A stretch of DNA of 64,000 nucleotides from a virus. Lineage: Duplodnaviria > Caudoviricetes. Within the stretch, counting starts at the first letter, position 1; each line of letters starts with the position of its first letter. The translations under genes were made by a program, and so were the position numbers. A model generated the notes under the pieces. That model was not told where the DNA came from. It made no database searches and saw only the letters and a list, made by a program, of their open reading frames with translations. The DNA lies in the IMG/VR virus record IMGVR_UViG_3300031993_000044, positions 22,990 through 86,989 of that record; one strand, 5' to 3'. Shown piece after piece: positions 57,356 to 64,000 of this stretch.

Positions 57356-57384
57356 CATTAACTAACGACATAGGAGATACGACA

Positions 57385-57732
57385 ATGACTAAAGAAAATT
57401 TCAAGCTTATCAAGGTGCTTGCACTGGAAACGGACACCAACAAGGGTATTGTAAAGCGCATTGAGTTGCACGAGTACAAAGGCATGAAGTTCAAGTTTAC
57501 CTTTGAAAACAGCAACGGAACGCCTTGCGGATGGGATTACAAGCACTGCATTAAAGTCTTTTGCTTAAGCAAGGGCGAGTGGAACAATATTGCAGACAAG
57601 AGCGAAATACTTTCTTTTGCAGACGGAAAAATTGACTGCTGCAACTACTACGGCAACGCTCGCACGCTGGAACAAGGAGCTGTCAAGTTCATGGAAGCGT
57701 GCAAGCAGTACGTGAAAGCTTTGTATGATTAA
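57385..57732 (+). CDS. Hypothetical protein
   Basis: TACGACA-ATG start. Confidence 0.65.
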   Translation: MTKENFKLIKVLALETDTNKGIVKRIELHEYKGMKFKFTFENSNGTPCGWDYKHCIKVFCLSKGEWNNIADKSEILSFADGKIDCCNYYGNARTLEQGAVKFMEACKQYVKALYD

Positions 57733-57750
57733 CAAAATAACGACACGACT

Positions 57751-58104
57751 ATGCAAAACGACAAGGTTTATCAATTCGCATTACAGCACGCACAAAACGA
57801 GTGCTTGGATATGCAGGACGAGTTCAGCAACGAGCAGATTGCGGAAATGACACAGCAGCTTGTAAATCAGCTGTACCGCGTTAAAACAACGATGCAGGTA
57901 ACTGTATCACTGCAATACGGAAAGTACGCTATAAAAGCACGCAGCGCACGACAGGGAAGCTTTATCAGCGTTTCAGACAGCGAAACAACGGGCGTTGCAC
58001 GCTCACTTGCTCCAATCGTAGTTCCTACACGCCCAATCACAGAGGACGAAGTGAAGGACATTATCAGCATGATTAACGAAGCGTGGTATCACGTGAACAA
58101 CTAA
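57751..58104 (+). CDS. Hypothetical protein
   Basis: ACGACT-ATG start. Confidence 0.65.
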   Translation: MQNDKVYQFALQHAQNECLDMQDEFSNEQIAEMTQQLVNQLYRVKTTMQVTVSLQYGKYAIKARSARQGSFISVSDSETTGVARSLAPIVVPTRPITEDEVKDIISMINEAWYHVNN

Positions 58105-58125
58105 CGACATTATATCAGTACGACA

Positions 58126-59328
58126 ATGGCAACAAAAACAGTACATTTCAGTTTAGGTGCAAATGCTGGGCGCGTAGTAATGCAGATTGCGCAGGAGCAT
58201 TTGCTTTACGACTACAACCCACGGCAAGCATTGGAAACATTCACACGCTCGTTTTGTGGCATGAGCAATGAACTTGCAAAGAAGATTCTTGTAGGCAAGG
58301 AGTTGATTATTGTTCCCGACGAGGACGGCGTGAGCATTAACGTAACGGAACGCCCGGAGGACAGCGACTACCCTATTATCGACGTGGACGAGTGGGTAGC
58401 AAGAAAAGCAAAGTGGATTGTGGAAACAGGACGCGCACTGCGTGATGATTTAGCAAGCTACTACAAGAAAGTATCATGGACGGGAACACGCGACCGAGTT
58501 GCACGCTTTAGCACTAACATCGAGCTTAAGGACTTGTACGACGTGTTTGTAGAGCAGAAAACGGAAGCAAAAGACTTGTTCCTGCAACAGATGATGCGCG
58601 ACATTGAGGAAAGCGAGGGCGTGATGAAGTACACGGAACTGCTTAAGTACGCTCGTAGCTGGTGTGCGCAGGTCATGCGTACAACGATGGTCATAGACTT
58701 TATGATGCAGGAGCTTGGAGCAAAGCAGCCAAAAGCAACGGAAGCGGAATTAAGGGAGCTTGGCAGAAAAGTGACCAACGCAGAAAATTACAGCGTTTAC
58801 AGCGTGATAATCATTGACGTGTACAAACACCTGCAAGCTTGTATTGACGTAATTTTCGACGGCGAGGTAACACGCATTACAGGCAGCTTGAAGGAGTTCA
58901 GACACTTTATAGCGACGCAAAAGGAAATGCAGGAGTACTTGACAAGCACAATACAGCCACGCGACATAACAAAAGGCTATGATGCAGGATGGCTTGCACC
59001 CAACGGCGACTTCTACGGACTTAATGGCGAGACAGCTTGCTTACTGCACCTGAATATTGCTGAAGCTTTGAACGCAGCGGGCATTATCAACTGTGACGAC
59101 ACTAAAATGGAGCGTGAAGGCTGGATAAGAATACACCACGACGAAGTGCGCTATTGGGGTTTCCGCAAGCTCAACTTCACACCGCCTACACAGCAGCAGA
59201 TTGACGCGCTTGTAAAGTATGCCAACGCTTGCTACAAAGGCAAGCTGTGCATTGGGAACAGAGACATTTCAGCGGCAAAGCTCGCACAAACAGAGCGTCT
59301 TATGCTGGAAAGAATTTTCACACTTTAA
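58126..59328 (+). CDS. Hypothetical protein
   Basis: 400 aa; GWLAPNG.FY..H...GWIRIH C-terminal motif. Confidence 0.7.
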   Translation: MATKTVHFSLGANAGRVVMQIAQEHLLYDYNPRQALETFTRSFCGMSNELAKKILVGKELIIVPDEDGVSINVTERPEDSDYPIIDVDEWVARKAKWIVETGRALRDDLASYYKKVSWTGTRDRVARFSTNIELKDLYDVFVEQKTEAKDLFLQQMMRDIEESEGVMKYTELLKYARSWCAQVMRTTMVIDFMMQELGAKQPKATEAELRELGRKVTNAENYSVYSVIIIDVYKHLQACIDVIFDGEVTRITGSLKEFRHFIATQKEMQEYLTSTIQPRDITKGYDAGWLAPNGDFYGLNGETACLLHLNIAEALNAAGIINCDDTKMEREGWIRIHHDEVRYWGFRKLNFTPPTQQQIDALVKYANACYKGKLCIGNRDISAAKLAQTERLMLERIFTL

Positions 59329-59339
59329 TACAGTACGAC

Positions 59340-60893
59340 ATGAACTTATTTTCAAACAACCCCGACTTTTACCCCACGCCTACGCATGTCATTGAAAAGA
59401 TGATGATGAGTGAGGACTTCATCGGCAAGACGGTTTTAGAGCCGTCTGCCGGCAGTGGGAACATTGTAAGGTGGCTTAAGCAGAACGGAGCGCGTGAAGT
59501 GGTTGCTTGCGAGAACGACCCGCATTGCCGCAAGCTGCTTGCTGGGCAGTGCAGCTTGATTGCAGACGATTTTCTGACTGTCACGCCCGACATGGTGAGC
59601 CACGTTGACTACATCGTAATGAATCCACCGTTTAGCCGTGGAGCAGACCATATCCTGCACGCTTGGGAAATTGCACCCGCTGGATGCACTGTCATTGCGC
59701 TGTGCAATACAAGCAACCTGCGCAATGAGTATTACAACACAAAGCACTTGAAGTTAAGCGAGACAGTGCAGTTGAACGGCAGCAGCGAGGACTTGGGCAG
59801 CGTGTTTGACAGGGCAGAGCGACGCACAAACGTAAAGGTGTCACTTGTCAAGCTCTACAAGCAGGGCAGTGGCGACAACGAGTTTGACGGCTATTTCTTT
59901 TCAGCTGTTGACGAGGACACGGCCAGCTGCAAAGACGGGCTTGTATCATACAACTTTGTGCGTGACATCGTAGGGCGTTATGTGCAGGCCGTAAAGCTGT
60001 TTGACGGTGTTATGCTTGCAGCAAAGCAGATAAACGAAGCTGCTGACTTTTTCGACTACACAACAGTCATTGACGAAAAGACGGGTGAGGAAAAGCAGGT
60101 AAAGAATACGTATGACAACCTGCCCGTAACGTTTGGTGCTATACTGTGCAAGAACGATGAAGATGTTCGCGGCGACAACGGCACGAAGATAACGCATGAG
60201 CAGTACAAGAAGTATTTGCAGAAGCATTATTGGAAAATCATCTTCAAAAAGCTTCACATGGAAAAGTACGCTACTGCACAACTGCGTGAGAACATAAACA
60301 AGTTCATTGAGCAGCAGACGCACATTCCTTTCACTATGGCTAACATTTACCGCGTGTTGGAAATCGTCGTAAAGACTAACAGCCAGCGTATGCTTAAGGC
60401 ACTTGAAGAAGCGTTCAACACTATTTGCAGCCTGTCAGCTGAAAACAGCACTGCGGGCGAGAAGTGGAAAACAAACGCAAACTACATGGTGAACAAGCGT
60501 TTTATCTGCAACTGGATAACGACTGTCGGCACATGGTACGGTAAGATGGAAGTGCGCGAGTGGAGCAGCTACAACGACAACGCGACAAAGATTAACGACG
60601 TGTGCAAGGCTCTTTGCTACATGACCGGGCGTAATTGGGAGGAAATAGGCACGCTGGGCGAGTACGTGCGCAAGAATGAGCCTGAATGGGGCAAGTGGTT
60701 TGAATGGGGATTCTTCCGTTGCAGGGGCTACAAGAAAGGCACGATGCACTTTGAGTTTTTGGACGATGACGTTTGGTTTAAGTTCAATTACGAGGTGTCG
60801 AAGCTTAAGGGCTGGAGCTTGCCCAAAAAGACGCAGACGGAGCGCAAGCCACGCACAAAAAAGCAGACAACTACAGAAGTAACATTATTCTAA
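59340..60893 (+). CDS. N6-adenine methyltransferase-like domain plus DUF4942
   Basis: DFYPTP, VLEPSAGSG and IVMNPPF motifs; C-terminal GFFRCRGYKKGTMHFEF. Confidence 0.85.
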   Translation: MNLFSNNPDFYPTPTHVIEKMMMSEDFIGKTVLEPSAGSGNIVRWLKQNGAREVVACENDPHCRKLLAGQCSLIADDFLTVTPDMVSHVDYIVMNPPFSRGADHILHAWEIAPAGCTVIALCNTSNLRNEYYNTKHLKLSETVQLNGSSEDLGSVFDRAERRTNVKVSLVKLYKQGSGDNEFDGYFFSAVDEDTASCKDGLVSYNFVRDIVGRYVQAVKLFDGVMLAAKQINEAADFFDYTTVIDEKTGEEKQVKNTYDNLPVTFGAILCKNDEDVRGDNGTKITHEQYKKYLQKHYWKIIFKKLHMEKYATAQLRENINKFIEQQTHIPFTMANIYRVLEIVVKTNSQRMLKALEEAFNTICSLSAENSTAGEKWKTNANYMVNKRFICNWITTVGTWYGKMEVREWSSYNDNATKINDVCKALCYMTGRNWEEIGTLGEYVRKNEPEWGKWFEWGFFRCRGYKKGTMHFEFLDDDVWFKFNYEVSKLKGWSLPKKTQTERKPRTKKQTTTEVTLF

Positions 60894-60917
60894 CATTTCA
60901 ATTTATCATTAAGCATT

Positions 60918-61496
60918 ATGAAAGAAGTAACATTACAAGTACCCGACGGAAAGAAAGTCGAGTGGAGAGAGGTAAACGGCGTAACTGTTCCTGTACTCAT
61001 TGACGAGCAGCAGCAGGACAACCGCCCTGTAACGGAACGCATAAAGACGTTTGAGGACGCTTTGGCCGACTTGAACAAAAGAGCTGAAAACGGCGACAAA
61101 ACAGCAGTTGAACTTGTTGACGATTGGAACGGACTTGTTACAGACAGCGCCGAACTTATTGCCTACTACAAAATCCGCATTATTGCGTATGCACTCAACG
61201 AGGGCTGGGAGCCACAATTCGTAAAAGGCGAATACAGATGGTGTCCTTGGTTTGACCTCTACACACAGCAGGAAATTGACAACATGGACGAAGAAGAAAA
61301 GGGCCGTGTGCTGGGTCGTTCGAACGACTATGCGGTTGCGAATGCGGGTGTCGCCTTTTCGATCACGAATGTCGCTTCGTCGCACTCGAACACGTTCTAC
61401 GGCGGGCGGCTGTGCTTCAAGAGTGAAGCGTTAGCGGAGTACGCAGGAACGCAGTTCCTGAAAGAATTTGCGGACTTGATGATGTTCACAAAGTAA
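60918..61496 (+). CDS. Phage protein with a DGR variable-region-like segment
   Basis: RIKTFEDA, ALNEGWEPQF and GRS.....AG.A......S.SN...GGRLCFKS; codon pattern at 61304-61413. Confidence 0.75.
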   Translation: MKEVTLQVPDGKKVEWREVNGVTVPVLIDEQQQDNRPVTERIKTFEDALADLNKRAENGDKTAVELVDDWNGLVTDSAELIAYYKIRIIAYALNEGWEPQFVKGEYRWCPWFDLYTQQEIDNMDEEEKGRVLGRSNDYAVANAGVAFSITNVASSHSNTFYGGRLCFKSEALAEYAGTQFLKEFADLMMFTK

Positions 61497-61603
61497 CATG
61501 GCGCAGCAGGTTTTGCGCTCGTTAAGAGCGCAAAACTTTTACTGCGTGACAATCTATCAGAAAACAAGTTTAACGCGAACAGAACGAAAATAAAGCGGCA
61601 AAA

Positions 61604-61972
61604 ATGAGCGAAAAAGAACTTAAGCAGAAATATGATGCGCTGGTGAAAAGAGTGCCAGGCGAAAGGATGTACGACGGGCGCGACAAGGGCGTTGACGTTT
61701 ACATCTGCAAGAAATGTGGTGCAGTAGTTTACACACGCTACAAGGACAAGGGCGTAACGCCTTTTACCATTGCGTGCCGTAACAAGGACTGCAAAGAGGT
61801 TATGATGCACGAAAAGACCATATCAGAAATGGATGCCATGCTGAACAAGGTTACTGTGCAGAACTGGGTGCGCCCAACGTTTGAGTGGCTTAACAAGCAG
61901 CGCAAAAAGGGCAGAGAGGGTTTGATTGAACACGTCTTAAATGGCGGGCTGATATTAGAAAACGAGCTGTAA
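61604..61972 (+). CDS. Zn-ribbon hypothetical protein
   Basis: CKKCG and C..K.C motifs. Confidence 0.6.
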   Translation: MSEKELKQKYDALVKRVPGERMYDGRDKGVDVYICKKCGAVVYTRYKDKGVTPFTIACRNKDCKEVMMHEKTISEMDAMLNKVTVQNWVRPTFEWLNKQRKKGREGLIEHVLNGGLILENEL

Positions 61973-61973
61973 T

Positions 61974-62234
61974 ATGGAAATAACACCGAACTTCAAATTT
62001 GTTGAAGGCAGCTTTGAAACAAAGACGAACAAAATGCTTTGTATTGCCAGCGACAATCACGGCACAGTAGAGCTTTGTTTCAAAGAAGAAGGCTGTGGGT
62101 GGAATATCCCGTTTGCGAAGATTGAGCTGTTCGACAGCGGCCTATACAAGGACTTCAAAGCGACAATGAATGATGCAAAGGCGTTGGGCGACGAGATTGC
62201 AAGACGCTGGAACGAGTGTAACGACAAAAGGTAA
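61974..62234 (+). CDS. Hypothetical protein
   Basis: LGDEIARRWN C-terminal motif. Confidence 0.6.
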   Translation: MEITPNFKFVEGSFETKTNKMLCIASDNHGTVELCFKEEGCGWNIPFAKIELFDSGLYKDFKATMNDAKALGDEIARRWNECNDKR

Positions 62235-62239
62235 CAACT

Positions 62240-62494
62240 ATGGAAGCAATAGTAATAACGCAGGACGAACACGGCTGGAAAGTACAGCAGGGCGAAAAAT
62301 GGGCTGATTGGCTGGGCTACGACGAAATGATGGGCGTAGTTTCCGCGCTGACAATGCCAAAGGAGCGTCCTTGCTTGCAGTGGATGCGCACAAAGGAGCA
62401 GCACGAAGCATGGGAACGCTCAATAAAGAAAGCGTCGCAAGGCTCACGCAATCAGCTTTCACAGCTTGCTTTGCCCGTAATCAAAGTAAAGTAG
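62240..62494 (+). CDS. Hypothetical protein
   Basis: CLQWMRT.EQH motif. Confidence 0.6.
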   Translation: MEAIVITQDEHGWKVQQGEKWADWLGYDEMMGVVSALTMPKERPCLQWMRTKEQHEAWERSIKKASQGSRNQLSQLALPVIKVK

Positions 62495-62500
62495 AAGCGT

Positions 62501-63145
62501 ATGAAAAAGATAATGTTCAACACGCCTTTGGGCTTGGAGCAAGCTGCAATAGACGGGCGTAAGACAATGACACGCAGGTTTCTGAACGTACCAAAGCGTT
62601 TTCACGGTGTGGACGCTCCGCAGCTGGAGTTTCACAAAAACGCGAAAGGGCTGTACTTTGACTGCGTGCTGATTGACGATAACGGCCACGAGTTAGGACA
62701 GCTGCCATTACCTTACGAAGTAGGCGAAATCGTTGCTATTGCACAGTCATACCATACTCTTAACAAGAGTGGGTATGTCGCCCCGGAATGGTGCGAGCAT
62801 ACATGTGAAAGTTCTGCTGGGTATAGGAATAAAATGTTTGTTCGCGCTGACTTTATGCCAAACCGCATACAAATGACCGACCTTTGGTTTGAGCATTTGC
62901 AGGATATTAGCGACGAGGACTGTTTGCGTGAAGGCATTTATGCGCATACTGTGCAGCTTGACGAAACGCCCGGCGTAAAGCCTTATACGAGCTATTCGTA
63001 TAACATGCTGCTGGGCAGTAACATCAAACGCTGGTGGTTTGATACGCCACGCAAAGCGTTTGCAGCACTCATTGACAAGTTAAACGGAAAAGGCACATGG
63101 GACAGCAACCCGTGGGTCGTAGTATATCCATACATAAGAGTATAG
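62501..63145 (+). CDS. ASCH/PUA-like phage protein
   Basis: IMFN......GRKTMTRR, LQDISDEDCLREG and GTWDSNPWV motifs. Confidence 0.65.
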   Translation: MKKIMFNTPLGLEQAAIDGRKTMTRRFLNVPKRFHGVDAPQLEFHKNAKGLYFDCVLIDDNGHELGQLPLPYEVGEIVAIAQSYHTLNKSGYVAPEWCEHTCESSAGYRNKMFVRADFMPNRIQMTDLWFEHLQDISDEDCLREGIYAHTVQLDETPGVKPYTSYSYNMLLGSNIKRWWFDTPRKAFAALIDKLNGKGTWDSNPWVVVYPYIRV

Positions 63146-63148
63146 AAT

Positions 63149-63490
63149 ATGGCAAACGAAGTTAAAGAAAGTCAGTCGCAGTGGTGGGCAAGAAACTACA
63201 TGGAACACAGCGACGGCAAAGTAGGAGAAACTGACCTTGCAATAGCTTTCAAAGCTGGACGCAGGGCTGCAAAGCTCAACTGTTGGCATTGGGTCAAAAC
63301 GGAAACGCCAAAGGTGACGGCAAACAGGCGTGTTGCGCTTGTGGAGTTCCTTAACCGGGAAGATTACGAAATCCGCACAGTGCTGACTTCTGAATATGCG
63401 CAATACGTCAAGCAGCACCCGTTCTGTTTGCTGTGGGCATACGCTGACATACTTGTAAATCCTAAAACAGTAAAGGCAGACTTACTATGA
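63149..63490 (+). CDS. Hypothetical protein
   Basis: WH...E.P..WAY motif. Confidence 0.55.
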   Translation: MANEVKESQSQWWARNYMEHSDGKVGETDLAIAFKAGRRAAKLNCWHWVKTETPKVTANRRVALVEFLNREDYEIRTVLTSEYAQYVKQHPFCLLWAYADILVNPKTVKADLL

Positions 63491-63879
63491 TTAAGGGGTT
63501 TGACAACGAGACAGAGCCGTTGACCGAATATGAGCGCGACGTGCTTGTACCCGTAATGATACGCGGGCTTATAAGCAAGGTAGGCAAGGAGCGTGCAGTA
63601 ACAAACAAGTACATTGTTTCCTGCATGAAGAAGCAGGACTACAAAATCAGCGACGCACGTGTGCGCAAGGTGATAAACTTCATACGCACAAATGACCTTG
63701 TGCCTTGCTTGATTGCAACGTCTGACGGCTACTATATAGCTGAATCAGAAAAGGAGCTTTTGGACTATGAGGAAAGCTTGCAGGGGCGCGAGGACGCAAT
63801 ACGTGCCGTTCGCATAAGTATCATGCGCCAGCGCAAGCGTAAGTACGGAGGGCAGCAGCAGGACTTATTTAACCAATAA
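63487..63879 (+). CDS. Winged-helix-like protein
   Basis: DARVRKVINFIR..LIATSDGYYIA motif. Confidence 0.6.
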   Translation: MIKGFDNETEPLTEYERDVLVPVMIRGLISKVGKERAVTNKYIVSCMKKQDYKISDARVRKVINFIRTNDLVPCLIATSDGYYIAESEKELLDYEESLQGREDAIRAVRISIMRQRKRKYGGQQQDLFNQ

Positions 63880-63883
63880 CAGT

Positions 63884-64000
63884 ATGAAATCAGTAAAAAT
63901 CAACATCGTGGGCTACATAAGAGTACCCGATGAAGCAACGGAAAAGGATATAGAAGAAGCTGTTGAGTTCAATGTCGGGCTTCGTTGCCAAATGGCATCT
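63884..64000 (+). CDS. Partial ORF at the right edge
   Basis: MKSVKINIVGYIRVPDEATEKDIEEAVEF, open to the window end. Confidence 0.5.
   Translation, partial: MKSVKINIVGYIRVPDEATEKDIEEAVEFNVGLRCQMAS

Noticed and set aside
1-64000. Stop-codon reassignment (as in Lak or some crAss-like phages)
   Set aside because: Recognisable genes are full length under code 11, and TAA, TGA and TAG all occur as real stops.
1-64000. CRISPR array or mini-array
   Set aside because: No regularly spaced repeats with unique spacers; the repeats found are promoters, 10-bp arrays and arm sites.
1-64000. DGR reverse transcriptase and template repeat
   Set aside because: No RT-like (YxDD) ORF, and I found no second copy of 61304-61413 by eye; they may lie outside the window.
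1-64000. Lysis cassette, DNA polymerase or replicative helicase
   Set aside because: No endolysin, holin-plus-endolysin pair, polymerase or DnaB motifs were recognised; probably outside the window or host-supplied.

Overview
The window is a 64 kb internal piece of a temperate, long-tailed (siphovirus-like) phage of a Bacteroidales host. Host assignment rests on TAnnTTTG -7 promoter boxes, no clear Shine-Dalgarno sites and Bacteroidales-type gene families. The attP site (3' half of tRNA-Ser-GGA) has phage genes on both sides, so this is most likely the non-integrated form. Layout: 1-14.3 kb (-) tail and head genes; 14.7-29.4 kb (+) early/accessory block with a small (-) moron operon; 29.4-35 kb a candidate small RNA, an ADP-ribosylglycohydrolase/immunity cassette and a convergent MuF head protein with two toxin-like domains; 35.4-43.6 kb (-) portal, intein-containing terminase and a 7-deazaguanine DNA-modification cluster (folE, queD, queE, yhhQ, dpdA-like, second QueD-like, ParB-like; no queC in the window); 44.4-47 kb integrase, attP, CI-like repressor and switch; 47-64 kb (+) replication, recombination and accessory genes. 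Highlights: (1) a candidate ~105 nt RNA with its own promoter and terminator whose segments are antisense to motifs repeated in the leaders of many early genes; (2) MuF-papain-like-ADP-ribosyltransferase facing a matching hydrolase; (3) a QueC-less deazaguanine pathway; (4) a DGR variable-region-like signature in a non-tail gene, with no template repeat or reverse transcriptase found in the window. All family assignments are motif recognition by eye; no searches were run.
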